From assembly GCA_963770565.1 (NCBI GenBank), contig CAVYQE010000001.1:832001-896000 (forward strand): DNA of 64,000 nucleotides, written 5' to 3'. A model generated the notes under the pieces. That model worked only from the letters and a program-made list of their open reading frames with translations. It had not been told where the DNA came from and ran no database searches. How positions within the stretch are numbered: the stretch's first letter is position 1; each line of letters opens with the position of its first letter. Of the stretch, positions 30,965 through 41,178 are shown in pieces. Made by a program: the position numbers and the translations under genes. This stretch comes from an uncultured Actinomycetota bacterium (GTDB taxonomy: Bacteria; Actinomycetota; Actinomycetes; JAFAQI01).

Positions 30965-31942
30965 TCAGCGGGGCACCGGCACCGCGGCGAGGACACCTTC
31001 GAGCACGCCGTCGGCGTTGACCCCGTCGAGCTCGGCCTCCGGCCTGACATTGACCCGGTGCCGAAGGGTGGGCCGGGCGAGCGCCTTCACGTCGTCCGGA
31101 GTGACGTAGTCGCGGCCCGACAGCCAGGCCCACGCCTTGGCGGTGGCGAGCAGCGCGGTGGCGGCGCGTGGTGAGGCGCCCAATGACAACGACGGAGACG
31201 ACCGGGTCGCTCGGCAGATATCGACGATGTAACCCATGACGTCGGGGGTGGTCCGGACCGCGGCCACGGCGGCTCGACCGGCGCGCAGGTGCTCCACCCC
31301 GGCGACCGGCTCGATCCCGGCCGCGGCGAGGTTGCGTGGGTCGAAGCCGTCGTCGTGGCGGACTAGGATGCTGATCTCGTCCTCGCGGGCGGGGAGCGGA
31401 ACCGTCAGCTTCAGCAGGAATCGGTCGAGCTGGGCTTCGGGCAGGGTGTAGGTGCCTTCGTACTCGACCGGGTTCTGGGTCGCCGCGACCATGAAGGGGT
31501 TGGGGAGCGGACGCGGGGTGCCGTCGACGCTGACCTGGCGTTCCTCCATCGCCTCGAGCAGCGCGGCCTGGGTCTTCGGCGGGGTGCGGTTGATCTCGTC
31601 GGCCAGCAACAAGTTGGTGAAAACCGGCCCTTCGCGGAACTCGAACTGTGCTGTGCGCGCGTCGTAGATCAGCGAGCCGGTCACATCGCCCGGCATGAGG
31701 TCCGGGGTGAACTGCACCCGCTTTGCCTGCAGCGACAGCGTGGCCGCGAGGCTGCGGACAAGCAAGGTCTTCGCGACCCCGGGCACCCCTTCGAGCAGCA
31801 CGTGCCCTTGGCAGAGCAGCGCGACGACCAGGCCGGTCACCGCCGCGTCCTGGCCGACGACCGACTTGGCGACCTCGGTCCGAAGCGACGCCAGCGACTC
31901 GCGCGCGGCGTCGGCCGACACCGCGGGTTGGTCTTCGCTCAC
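30965..31942 (-). CDS. moxR: MoxR family AAA+ ATPase
   Basis: EGVPGVAKT, QFTPDLMPGD, LADEINRTPPKTQAALLEAMEE, LPEAQLDRF. Confidence 0.95.
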   Translation of the reverse strand: MSEDQPAVSADAARESLASLRTEVAKSVVGQDAAVTGLVVALLCQGHVLLEGVPGVAKTLLVRSLAATLSLQAKRVQFTPDLMPGDVTGSLIYDARTAQFEFREGPVFTNLLLADEINRTPPKTQAALLEAMEERQVSVDGTPRPLPNPFMVAATQNPVEYEGTYTLPEAQLDRFLLKLTVPLPAREDEISILVRHDDGFDPRNLAAAGIEPVAGVEHLRAGRAAVAAVRTTPDVMGYIVDICRATRSSPSLSLGASPRAATALLATAKAWAWLSGRDYVTPDDVKALARPTLRHRVNVRPEAELDGVNADGVLEGVLAAVPVPR

Positions 31943-33105
31943 TGCCTACCTCCTGAGGGCGGTCCCTCGTCGCCGGTGATGGCGGCCTCGAGTCTCGGCA
32001 ACGCCTGTGCGAGCCGGGTGAGTGCCGCGTCGTCCTCCGGCTCGTCACCGTAGAGCAACGCCTGTACGTCGGTCGCCGCGGCGTGCGCGCGTTCCGCGAC
32101 CACCATGACGACCGACTCCGGCTCCTCGTCGGGGCGCAGCCGGAGCGCGTGCGTGAGCCGTCGCACCGTCGCGGCCCGCAACGAGCGCGCGGCCCTGCTT
32201 CTGGCCCGAGCGGCTTGAAGAAGCCGCCCCTGTCCTTCAACCGTCTCGGCCGCGCGGACCACGACCGGGAGCGGCTCGACGACCGGCCGGCCGAGCCGCC
32301 GTGCACGCCACAGCGCGAGGACCACAAGTGCGATGAACAACTGCAGCGTGGCCCAGAGCAATCGCGGGGGCAGGAGGTTGATCAAGCCGCGGTGGGACTT
32401 CGGCACGGGGCCGGCGTTCAGCCCGCCCGGCACCCATTGGACCGCGGACGTGTTCAGCAGGCCCAGGGCGAGCGCGGCGTCGCCCTGTTTCGCGAGCGCG
32501 GCGTCGCTAAAGGTCGACGGCGATCCGAGCACGATCGTCGTCGCACCGTTCGCACGGGTGGACGTCACGAGCGCGGCGTCCTGACCTTGGTGGTAGCACC
32601 CGGTCACACCGTTGTGCATCGCGTACAGGTCGCCGTCGATCTGCACCGACCCGGCGGTCACCGCGGCTGGCAGAGCGCACCCTGGCCCGACCGTGGCGCT
32701 CGCGCGGGCGTCGATCGACGCGTCGACACCGAGAACGGACAAGGCGGGTTGCGGCGGCTGGATCAGAACGACGGTTGCGGCACTCCGCGCGACCGTGGCC
32801 AACGCATGGTCTGAGAGCGCGCCCGGATCGGTCAGCAAGATCGTGGCGGCGGGCGTGGATCCGACCTCCGGTAACGATGTCGCGACCGTGATTGTCACAC
32901 CGCGGTCGGCCAGCAGGACCGCGAGCGCGCGAGCACCATCTGGTGCCGGGTTGCGCGGGTCGAGCGGGGTGTTGTTCGGGGACTTGCCGAGCGCAGCCAG
33001 CGCGGTGACGAGTGCCAACCCGATGAGCACCAGGATGGTCGGGTAGCGCACCGAGCGCCACAGACCCGACAGGTCAAGCGGTGGCTCGGCCGCGATCGCA
33101 CTCAC
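31939..33105 (-). CDS. DUF4350 domain membrane-anchored protein
   Basis: LDPRNPAPDGARALAVLL, RRLGRPVVEPLPVVVRAAETVEG; upstream of moxR. Confidence 0.85.
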   Translation of the reverse strand: MSAIAAEPPLDLSGLWRSVRYPTILVLIGLALVTALAALGKSPNNTPLDPRNPAPDGARALAVLLADRGVTITVATSLPEVGSTPAATILLTDPGALSDHALATVARSAATVVLIQPPQPALSVLGVDASIDARASATVGPGCALPAAVTAGSVQIDGDLYAMHNGVTGCYHQGQDAALVTSTRANGATTIVLGSPSTFSDAALAKQGDAALALGLLNTSAVQWVPGGLNAGPVPKSHRGLINLLPPRLLWATLQLFIALVVLALWRARRLGRPVVEPLPVVVRAAETVEGQGRLLQAARARSRAARSLRAATVRRLTHALRLRPDEEPESVVMVVAERAHAAATDVQALLYGDEPEDDAALTRLAQALPRLEAAITGDEGPPSGGRQ

Positions 33106-33725
33106 CGGGCCAGCACCTCGCTCCGGCCGGCGCGGCGGACCGCATCGTCGGCGGCGACGACCACGGTCATGTCATCCGCCGTCGCAACCGCGTCGCCGTA
33201 GACGATCGCGTTGAACAATTCCGTGGCGGCGGTCAGCGCGGGCGCGGCGGATGGCATCGCCCGCCCGGCCTCCCTGGCCAGCTCGCTCGCCGTGCGACCC
33301 GCGCGGGCATCGACGACGCTGCGCTCCTCGAGCTCGCGGGCGACCGCGCGCATCCGCTCGATGACCGCCGTCTTCAGGTCGCCGGCCGCCGTCGCCTGTT
33401 CGGCGAGCAAGCGATGCTCAGCCGCCGACATCGTCGTACCTGCCGTCAGCAGCGCACCCACCTTGGCCGCGCGCTGGGGCACTCCGACCCGCCAGATGAT
33501 CAGGGCAACGACGATCGCGATCAGGACCACGATCGACAGGGCGCCGGCGGCGCCGGTCGGCGAATGGCTCAAGGCGGAGCTGAGGACGTGGTCGATCGCC
33601 CGGCCGGCCGCCCGGACCGCCCGGACGACGAGCGGATCGCTGTTGCGGTGGTAGATCGCCTTAGAGAGCTCGTGCTGAGCCGCGCGCTGGGCGCCGAGCC
33701 GGGTGATCGGAGCCGGGTCGCTCAT
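33102..33725 (-). CDS. DUF4129 domain protein
   Basis: ELSKAIYH, RAVARELEER, GRTASE, FNAIVYG. Confidence 0.85.
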   Translation of the reverse strand: MSDPAPITRLGAQRAAQHELSKAIYHRNSDPLVVRAVRAAGRAIDHVLSSALSHSPTGAAGALSIVVLIAIVVALIIWRVGVPQRAAKVGALLTAGTTMSAAEHRLLAEQATAAGDLKTAVIERMRAVARELEERSVVDARAGRTASELAREAGRAMPSAAPALTAATELFNAIVYGDAVATADDMTVVVAADDAVRRAGRSEVLAR

Positions 33726-34837
33726 GGGTTCGGGTTGGCCGCTGCCTGCTGGAGGGTGTGGTCCAGGCCTTCGGCGCGCATCCGGCGGTCAAGGTAGAGC
33801 AGCGCGATGACCCCGGACGAGAACGGACGAACCAAGGTCGACGCAATCAGCCCGCCGATCCCGGTCAGCAGCAACGGGGTGAAGCTGAACTGCTCGGAGG
33901 TGTTGCCGGAGAAGATCCCGGTGACGCCTCCCCCGAAGATCGCGAACGGCGCGGAGATGATGCCGGAGATGACGAGGGTGATGATCCCGGCCAGCAAGGT
34001 AATGCCGAAGATCCGCCACCAACTGCCGCGGACGAGCAGCCGCGACCGGCTCAGCGCAGCAAAGACGCCTTGCTTCTCGAGCATCAGGGCCGGTGTGGCG
34101 AGCGACAGCGCGATAGCCAGGTAGAGCGCGACCACGAACGCGGCGATGCCACCGAGGACCGCCAGGGCGACTCCGGCGCCGGTTGCGCCGGCGACCGCGA
34201 TCAAGATCCCTGGCAGCACTCCGACCACCACTACGCCGCCGGTGATCAACAGCACCAGCAGGCTGGCGCCGAGCAGTCGCCAGAGCGAGGGGACGGTCGC
34301 CCGCCAGGCGTCGCCCGCGCTCATCGGCCGTCCTAGTGCGCCTTGTCCGACGATCGTTGCGATGATCCCGCTCAGCAGTGCGGTCGCGACGAGGGTGGCG
34401 ATCGTCACGATGATCTCGAGGGTGGCGGTCCGCCCGGCGTAGTCACCGACGTTGCCGAAACCGACAATCGCACCGTTGGAGGTGGTCGTGATGTCCGTGT
34501 TGATGCCGTGGAGCAGGTAGTACGACGTGGCGATCCGAAGCGCCTCAACGACCAACATGATCGGCGCGGTCAGGCCGAGGGTGGCGCCTGGATAGCGCCG
34601 GATCGTCGTGAACGCGCCGTCGAGAATCTCCCCGACCGCGAGCGGTCGAAGCGGGATGATCCCCGGTCGCGGTGGCTGCGGTGGACCCCAGCCGTACCCG
34701 GGTTGACCCCAACCCGGCGCCGGCGGGCCCCATCCCGGTGCCGGTGGTGGTGACGGCGCCGGGGTGAAGTACGGCGGCTGCGCGGTGGGCTCGCTGGGGC
34801 TTGCCCAGTCGCCCGAACCAGGCCCATCGTTCGCCAT
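33722..34837 (-). CDS. Integral membrane protein with Pro/Gly-rich N-terminus (glycerophosphodiesterase membrane-domain-like)
   Basis: PGIIPLRPLAVGEILDGAF, LSRSRLLVRGSWWRIFGI, LLYLDRRMRAEGLD; ATG 34837. Confidence 0.85.
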   Translation of the reverse strand: MANDGPGSGDWASPSEPTAQPPYFTPAPSPPPAPGWGPPAPGWGQPGYGWGPPQPPRPGIIPLRPLAVGEILDGAFTTIRRYPGATLGLTAPIMLVVEALRIATSYYLLHGINTDITTTSNGAIVGFGNVGDYAGRTATLEIIVTIATLVATALLSGIIATIVGQGALGRPMSAGDAWRATVPSLWRLLGASLLVLLITGGVVVVGVLPGILIAVAGATGAGVALAVLGGIAAFVVALYLAIALSLATPALMLEKQGVFAALSRSRLLVRGSWWRIFGITLLAGIITLVISGIISAPFAIFGGGVTGIFSGNTSEQFSFTPLLLTGIGGLIASTLVRPFSSGVIALLYLDRRMRAEGLDHTLQQAAANPNP

Positions 34838-34897
34838 GATCACCCCGAAGGCTCCGTTGGAACCGCCATCGTCGCAGAGCGGTGAGACGATAGACGG

Positions 34898-35575
34898 GTG
34901 AAGGCGCGCGTACTTGTCGTTGATGATGATCCGGCGCTGGCCGAGATGCTCGGCATCGTGTTGCGCAACGAAGGCTTCGAGCCGTCGTTCGTCGGTGACG
35001 GTGACCAGGCACTGACCGCGTTCCGGGTCGTGAAGCCGGACCTGGTGCTGCTCGACCTGATGCTGCCCGGCACCGACGGGGTCGATGTGTGCCGGGCGAT
35101 CCGGGCCGAGAGCGGGATCCCGATCGTCATGCTCACTGCCCGCGGCGACACGATCGACGTTGTCATCGGTCTCGAGTCGGGGGCGGACGACTACATCGTC
35201 AAACCCTTCAAGCCCAAGGAGCTCGTGGCTCGGATGCGCGCGCGGCTGCGCCGCAACGACGAGGGCGAGAACGAGGTGCTGACGATCGGCGATCTCACGA
35301 TCGACATCGCCGGCCACGTGGTCAGCCGGGGCGGTGTGCCGATCGCCCTGACTCCGCTCGAGTTCGACCTGCTCACCGCGCTGGCGCGCAAGCCGAGGCA
35401 CGTGTTCTCGCGGGACCAGCTGCTCGAGCAGGTGTGGGGCTACCGCCACGTCGCGGACACCCGGCTGGTCAACGTCCACGTGCAACGGCTGCGGGCGAAG
35501 GTCGAACGCGACGCCGAGCACCCGGACATCGTCGTCACGGTGCGGGGGGTCGGCTACAAGGCCGGACCGACGTGA
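34898..35575 (+). CDS. mtrA: Two-component response regulator MtrA
   Basis: VLVVDDDPALAEML, WGYRHVADTRLVNVHVQRLRAK, TVRGVGYKAG. Confidence 0.96.
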   Translation: MKARVLVVDDDPALAEMLGIVLRNEGFEPSFVGDGDQALTAFRVVKPDLVLLDLMLPGTDGVDVCRAIRAESGIPIVMLTARGDTIDVVIGLESGADDYIVKPFKPKELVARMRARLRRNDEGENEVLTIGDLTIDIAGHVVSRGGVPIALTPLEFDLLTALARKPRHVFSRDQLLEQVWGYRHVADTRLVNVHVQRLRAKVERDAEHPDIVVTVRGVGYKAGPT

Positions 35576-37176
35576 TCAGGCGGGTCGCAGCGGTCGGGAG
35601 CGCCGTGCGGCATCGCTGGCGCCGGTCGCTACAGACCCGCGTGATCGCGACCACCCTGATGCTGTCGGGCACCGTCAGCCTGCTGCTCGGCGTGACGATC
35701 CTGCATCAGGTCCGGTCCGGCCTGCTGGACTCGGCCACCCGCTCGGCACTCAGCCAGCTCAGCACCGGCGTGGAGCACGCGCAGAGCCAGTTCGCCGCGC
35801 TTCCCCCGTCGAACCCGCGGGCGATCGGCCAGACCGCCTCGGCGGTCGTGCTCGCCCTCTCGCCCGACCCCGACCAGCAGAACTACGACGTGGTGCTGCT
35901 GTCGGCGACGCCCGGACTGCCGTCGTACCAGCCTCGTAACGGCCCGCACGTCGGCCCGTCGAGTATCCCGGCCGCGCTGCGCAGGGCGGTATCCCTGCAG
36001 TCCCGCGAGGCCTGGACCTACACGACCGTCACCGCCGCCGACGGCACCCGCGGACCGGGTCTGGTGCTCGGTGCTCCGGTCCAGGCCGGATCGGTTCGCT
36101 ACCAGCTCTACTACCTGGTGCCGCTCAGCCGCGAGGTCGCGACGCTGAACCTGGTCGAGCGGACGATGCTGTTCGCCGGCGGTGCCCTGGTGCTGCTGTT
36201 GGTGGGCATCGCGACCGTCGTGACCCGCCAGGTAGTCCGGCCGGTGCGACAAGCGGCCGCCACGGCCGAGCGGCTGGCCTCGGGCCGGCTCCGTGAGCGG
36301 ATGAAGGTGCGCGGCGAGGACGACCTTGCGACGCTCGCGGCCTCCTTCAACCGGATGGCCGACACCGTGCAGCAGCAGATCTCCCAGCTCCGCGAGCTGT
36401 CCAGGTTGCAGCGCCGGTTCGTCGCCGACGTGTCGCACGAGCTGCGGACGCCGATCACCACGGTGCGGATGGCGGCCGATGTCCTGCACGGCTCGGCCGG
36501 CGACCTTCCGCCCGAGCTGAGTCGCTCGTCCGAACTCCTGCAGGCTCAGCTCGACCGGTTCGAGCTGCTGCTCGCCGACCTGCTCGAGATCAGCCGGTAC
36601 GACGCCGGCGCCGCGGTCCTCGACGTCGAGCCGGTCGACCTGTGCCAGCTCGCGACCCGGGTGGTCGAGCTGGCCGCTCCGCTGGTCGAGCGCCGGGGTT
36701 CCGCGATCACCCTCGACATACCGAGCAAGGCGGTCATCGTCGACGCCGACTCGCGGCGGATCGACCGGGTGTTGCGCAACCTGGTCGACAACGCGATCGA
36801 GCATGCCGAGGGTGGTCCGGTCGAGCTCCGGCTACGGGCCGGCGAGGGCGGCGTCGCGGTCACCGTCCGCGACCACGGCGTCGGGCTGCGGCCCGGCGAG
36901 GCTTCGCTGGTCTTCGGGCGGTTCTGGCGGGCCGACCCGGCGCGGGCCCGCGCGACCGGCGGGACCGGGCTGGGTCTGTCGATCGCGCTCGAGGACGTCC
37001 GGTTGCACGGCGGCTGGCTACAGGCCTGGGGCGAGCCGGGTAACGGCGCCCTGTTCAGGCTCACGCTGCCGTGGCATGCCGGCGAGCAGGTCACCTCGTC
37101 GCCATTGCCGCTCGGGCCCGACTCCGCCACACCGGACCCGCCGGACCGCTCCGCCGCGGAGACCCTGCGTGCCTAG
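35572..37176 (+). CDS. mtrB: Sensor histidine kinase MtrB
   Basis: WRRSLQ, HAMP domain, DVSHELRTP, RFWRADPARAR..GGTGLGLSI; GTGA overlap with mtrA. Confidence 0.95.
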   Translation: MIRRVAAVGSAVRHRWRRSLQTRVIATTLMLSGTVSLLLGVTILHQVRSGLLDSATRSALSQLSTGVEHAQSQFAALPPSNPRAIGQTASAVVLALSPDPDQQNYDVVLLSATPGLPSYQPRNGPHVGPSSIPAALRRAVSLQSREAWTYTTVTAADGTRGPGLVLGAPVQAGSVRYQLYYLVPLSREVATLNLVERTMLFAGGALVLLLVGIATVVTRQVVRPVRQAAATAERLASGRLRERMKVRGEDDLATLAASFNRMADTVQQQISQLRELSRLQRRFVADVSHELRTPITTVRMAADVLHGSAGDLPPELSRSSELLQAQLDRFELLLADLLEISRYDAGAAVLDVEPVDLCQLATRVVELAAPLVERRGSAITLDIPSKAVIVDADSRRIDRVLRNLVDNAIEHAEGGPVELRLRAGEGGVAVTVRDHGVGLRPGEASLVFGRFWRADPARARATGGTGLGLSIALEDVRLHGGWLQAWGEPGNGALFRLTLPWHAGEQVTSSPLPLGPDSATPDPPDRSAAETLRA

Positions 37177-38884
37177 CCGGGGCGGACCCTTCCCGCGACC
37201 GGCGTTGCTCGGCCGGCTCGCGATTTGCGCGGTCGTCGTGGCCTTGGCCGGGTGTGCCGCGCTACCCGTGTCGGGCTCGGTGCACGTCGGCCGGGCGTTC
37301 CCGGCCGGATCGGGCGCCGACCTCAACGACATCAGGGTCATCGCCGCGGCCCCGCAGCCGGGGATGACGCCTGCCCGGCTGGTGAAGGGCTTCCTCAACG
37401 CCCTGGCCGACAGCGACGGCAACTACGCGGTCGCCAAGCTCTACCTCGCGCCCGGGGTCAGCTGGCACCCCTCCGCGGGCACCACGTTGTATCAGGGGCT
37501 GCCCAAGGTGCAGGTCAGCGCGCGCGGGATCGACGTCGTACTGCGCCGGTTCGGCACGGTGGATGCGCGCGGCACGTTCCAGGTGGTCCCCGGCACCCAG
37601 CACGTGCCTTTCTCGGTGGTCCGGTCGTTCGGGCGGCAATGGCGGATCTCGCGGCTTCCGGCGGGGATCTTGCTCTCGGTCTCGGATGCCGAGCTGACGC
37701 TGCTCCCCGCGACGATCTACTACTTCAACCGCGAACAGACCCGGCTGGTACCCGAGCCGCTGCTGGTCGCACCGGACACCCCCGGGCTGGCCACCACCCT
37801 GATCCGGGAGTTGATCGACGGGCCCGGCCCGGGGCTCGCCTCCGCGGTGGCCAGCGCGATCCCGCACGGCACGAGCCTGGTCGGCAACGTCTCGATCGAC
37901 AGCGATGGGGTCGCCGAGGTCGACCTGTCCGGTGCGGTCTTGCAGGTTGCCGGGATCGCGCTGCAGCGGCTCTCGGCGCAGATCGTCTGGACGCTGCGGC
38001 AGGTCCCGGCGGTAACTGCGGTGCGCCTGCTGGTCAACGGTGCACCGCTGAGTGGCACCGGCGTCCCGGCGTTGCAGCGGATCGCTTCGTGGCCGCAGTT
38101 CGACCCCGATACGCCGCCGACCACCCACGGTGCGTTGCTGGCCGGCCAACGGCGGATCGTCGGCGTCCGGACCGCCGTGCCGACCTCGCTGCTCGGTCTC
38201 GGTCTGACCGCAGCGGCGGTGAGCGCGGACGGATCGGTCGTGGCTGCCATTCGGCCCGGGCGCCGCCGCACCACTCTCCTCGTCGGTTCGGCGCTCGGCC
38301 TGCTGCGCGCACGGGTGAAGGGGGCCGGCTTGTCCCCGCCGGCGATCGACCCGGCCGGCGACGTCCTCGTCGTACGCGGGGTAGGTGCGCTCTCGAGCCT
38401 GGTGGAGGTGCCACGGGTCGGGTCGGTGCGGCAGGTGTCCGTTCCATCGACGATCCGGGCCGAGGGCATCGACCAGGTCGCGGTCTCAAGGGATGGGGCG
38501 CGGATCGCGATGGTGGTCGGGCCGGTCGGCCACACCGCCTTGGTCGTCGGCGCTCTCTCGCAGGCGCACGACTCGTTGAGCGTGTCGACCGCGGGCCTGG
38601 TCATCCCGGGCGCGGCCGACGTGAGCGGGGTGGCCTGGGCCGGGGCGAGCGAGATCGTCACGACGGTCCGGGATTCGGCCGGTCACCGCTCGATCGTGCA
38701 GGCCTCGGTCGACGGCTATCAGCGCGCCGACATCGGCGGAATCAGCCCCCCGCGCGACCCGACCCAGGTCGCGGCATCGCCCGGCGAGCCGATCCTGGCC
38801 GAGTCGGACGGGGTGGTGTGGGAGCTGTCCGCGGCCCGATGGACCCGGATCACGGCCGGCGCCGACCCCTCGTACGCAGGCTAG
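37169..38884 (+). CDS. lpqB: Lipoprotein LpqB (GerMN domain + beta-propeller)
   Basis: Lipobox LAGC, AQIVWTL, VSRDGARIA; follows mtrB. Confidence 0.9.
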   Translation: MPSRGGPFPRPALLGRLAICAVVVALAGCAALPVSGSVHVGRAFPAGSGADLNDIRVIAAAPQPGMTPARLVKGFLNALADSDGNYAVAKLYLAPGVSWHPSAGTTLYQGLPKVQVSARGIDVVLRRFGTVDARGTFQVVPGTQHVPFSVVRSFGRQWRISRLPAGILLSVSDAELTLLPATIYYFNREQTRLVPEPLLVAPDTPGLATTLIRELIDGPGPGLASAVASAIPHGTSLVGNVSIDSDGVAEVDLSGAVLQVAGIALQRLSAQIVWTLRQVPAVTAVRLLVNGAPLSGTGVPALQRIASWPQFDPDTPPTTHGALLAGQRRIVGVRTAVPTSLLGLGLTAAAVSADGSVVAAIRPGRRRTTLLVGSALGLLRARVKGAGLSPPAIDPAGDVLVVRGVGALSSLVEVPRVGSVRQVSVPSTIRAEGIDQVAVSRDGARIAMVVGPVGHTALVVGALSQAHDSLSVSTAGLVIPGAADVSGVAWAGASEIVTTVRDSAGHRSIVQASVDGYQRADIGGISPPRDPTQVAASPGEPILAESDGVVWELSAARWTRITAGADPSYAG

Positions 38885-38896
38885 GTCGCCGTCAGT

Positions 38897-38908
38897 TCTG
38901 TCCACAGG
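38897..38908. promoter_or_regulatory. TGTCCACAGG box (DnaA-box-like) upstream of comF
   Basis: CTGTCCACAGG about 50 bp before the comF start; the same 10-mer occurs on the minus strand at 51445-51454. Confidence 0.4.
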
Positions 38909-38957
38909 ATCGCCGGCGCGCCGCCGATCGGGCTCCGGTCCGGGCAGGGTCGGCCTC

Positions 38958-39644
38958 ATGTCGATCCTCAGCCGGCTGTTTCCTGCCGAGTGCGCGGGGT
39001 GCGGCGGGCCCGGTGGGCCCGGCTGCCCGGGCTGTCTCGTGACGCTGTGGCAGCCGGCCGCGCCGAGCCGGCCGCGGCCGGCTCCGGTCGACCTTCCGCC
39101 GACCTGGACGGTCGCGGCGTACGCCGATCCCTGCCGGGCCTTGTTGATCGCCTACAAGGAGCGTTCGGCGGTGAGTCTGCGGCCGCTGCTGGCCGCCGCG
39201 CTGGCGAGCGCCGTCGTCGGCGCCTGGCGGGGCACCGCCGGGGGATTCGGCGCCGTCCCGAGCCGGGTCTACCTGGTGCCGGTTCCCTCCTCGCCCCGGT
39301 CGGTCCGGGTCCGCGGGGACGACGTCGTCCGGTCACTGGCCAGGCGAACGGCGGCGGTGCTTCGGAGCGAGGGGATCGACCTGCGGGTGGTCCCGGCGCT
39401 GCGGCATGTGCGGCGGGTGGCGGACTCGGCCGGACTCAGCTCCGCTGCCCGGGCGGCCAACCTGGCCGGCGCGTTCACGGTGCCCCGGCGGTTCGAGTCG
39501 GTGGTGTCGGGGGCACCGGTGATCATCGTCGACGACGTGATCACCACCGGGTCGAGCCTGGCCGAGGCAGCTCGGACGCTGCGCGCGTGCGGGGCGGACG
39601 TCATCGCGGCGGCAGCAGTCGCGGCCACCCAACGGCGGACCTGA
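38958..39644 (+). CDS. comF: ComF family phosphoribosyltransferase-like protein
   Basis: CAGC...CPGC zinc motif, LVPVP, IIVDDVITTGSS PRPP motif. Confidence 0.9.
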   Translation: MSILSRLFPAECAGCGGPGGPGCPGCLVTLWQPAAPSRPRPAPVDLPPTWTVAAYADPCRALLIAYKERSAVSLRPLLAAALASAVVGAWRGTAGGFGAVPSRVYLVPVPSSPRSVRVRGDDVVRSLARRTAAVLRSEGIDLRVVPALRHVRRVADSAGLSSAARAANLAGAFTVPRRFESVVSGAPVIIVDDVITTGSSLAEAARTLRACGADVIAAAAVAATQRRT

Positions 39645-39730
39645 CCTCGCATGGTGGCCGCACAGCCGGAGGGGCTACCGTCGGGATCGGGCCCGGTGAG
39701 GCCTGCAACGTGGCGTCAGGAGATGCATCT

Positions 39731-40357
39731 GTGGACATCGTCGTCAAGTCACGCAACACCGATCTCGACAAGCGCTTTCGGGCCGCGATCGACGAGAAGC
39801 TGGGCCGGCTGGCCAAGCTCGATCCGAAGGCCGATCGGGTCGATGTCGAGGTTTCGGAGGAGCGGAACCCACGGCTTGCCGATGTCCGGATGCGGGTGGA
39901 GTTGACCTGTCGCACGCGGGGTCCGGTCATCCGGGCCGAGGCATCAGCAGCCGATCACCAAGCAGCGCTCGACCTCGCGGTCGCCAAGCTGGACATGCGG
40001 TTGCGGCGGGCGGCGGACCGCCGCCGGGTGCACCACGGCAACCGCACCCCGGTGTCGGTCGCGACCGCGACCGGAGCGGTCATCCCTGCGGCGAATCCCG
40101 CCGCGCCCGGCGACGACGGGAGCGAGGACGACGGCCCCGAACCGGCGCCGTTCGTCGTACGGGAGAAGGTGCACCGGGCTGCGCCGATGAGCCTCGACCA
40201 GGCGCTGTTCGCCATGGAGATGGTCGGCCACGACTTTTACCTGTATCTGGAGGAGGGCGACCTGACGCCGAGCGTGGTCTACCGCAGGCACGGATATGAC
40301 TACGGCGTGGTCCGCCTACATGAGCCAGATCCGGCCACTGAGGCCCCCTCGGTGTAA
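39731..40357 (+). CDS. hpf: Ribosome hibernation promoting factor (long HPF/RaiA)
   Basis: MDIVVKSRN, ERNPR, GPVIRAEA, VVREKVH..PMSLDQALFAMEMVGHDF, YRRHGYDYG; SD AGGAG. Confidence 0.93.
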   Translation: MDIVVKSRNTDLDKRFRAAIDEKLGRLAKLDPKADRVDVEVSEERNPRLADVRMRVELTCRTRGPVIRAEASAADHQAALDLAVAKLDMRLRRAADRRRVHHGNRTPVSVATATGAVIPAANPAAPGDDGSEDDGPEPAPFVVREKVHRAAPMSLDQALFAMEMVGHDFYLYLEEGDLTPSVVYRRHGYDYGVVRLHEPDPATEAPSV

Positions 40358-40446
40358 CTACCACCCTCTGGCCCACTCCGTGCAATCATTGCCGGGCGAG
40401 GCCGCACCCGCGATCTCTCGGGCAGCGGCTGGGTGGTGGAGGTCCC

Positions 40447-41160
40447 GTGAGTGAGGCGTCGGACAGCAGCGCTGTTGCCTCGCTGTCCGCCGTCATCGGC
40501 GAGCCGATCCGAGTCCTCGTGGTCGACGATCACGCCCTGTTTCGGCGCGGTCTGGAGATGGTGCTCGCCCACGAGCCCGACATCGACGTCGTGGGTGAGG
40601 CCGAGGACGGCGCCGAGGCGGTCGAGAAGGCGGTCGAGACCACACCCGACATCGTGCTGATGGACGTCCGGATGCCCAAGCGCGGCGGCATCGACGCCTG
40701 CACCGCAATCAAGGACGCGGTGCCCAGCAGCAAGATCATCATGCTCACGATCAGCGACGAAGAAGCCGATCTGTACGACGCGATCAAAGCCGGCGCGATG
40801 GGATACCTGCTCAAGGAGATCTCGATCGAGGAGGTCGCGTCCGCGATCCGAGCCGTGCACGGCGGCCAGTCGCTGATCTCCCCGTCGATGGCGTCGAAGC
40901 TGCTGAACGAGTTCGCCTCGATGATCAAGCGCGGCGACGAGCGCCAGCAGGTGCCCGCGCCGCGGCTGACCGACCGTGAGATGGAAGTGCTCCGCCTGGT
41001 CGCCAAGGGCCTCAACAACCGTGACATCGCCAAGCAGCTGTTCATCAGCGAGAACACGGTGAAGAACCACATCCGCAACATCCTCGAGAAGCTTCAGCTG
41101 CACTCGCGGATGGAGGCGGTCGTCTACGCCGTCCGGGAGAAGCTGCTCGAGATCACCTAG
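40447..41160 (+). CDS. NarL/LuxR-family orphan response regulator
   Basis: IRVLVVDDHALFRRGL, MDVRMP, LTDREMEVL..ISENTVKNHIRNILEKL. Confidence 0.93.
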   Translation: MSEASDSSAVASLSAVIGEPIRVLVVDDHALFRRGLEMVLAHEPDIDVVGEAEDGAEAVEKAVETTPDIVLMDVRMPKRGGIDACTAIKDAVPSSKIIMLTISDEEADLYDAIKAGAMGYLLKEISIEEVASAIRAVHGGQSLISPSMASKLLNEFASMIKRGDERQQVPAPRLTDREMEVLRLVAKGLNNRDIAKQLFISENTVKNHIRNILEKLQLHSRMEAVVYAVREKLLEIT

Positions 41161-41178
41161 CCCGACGGCGGTCGAAGG

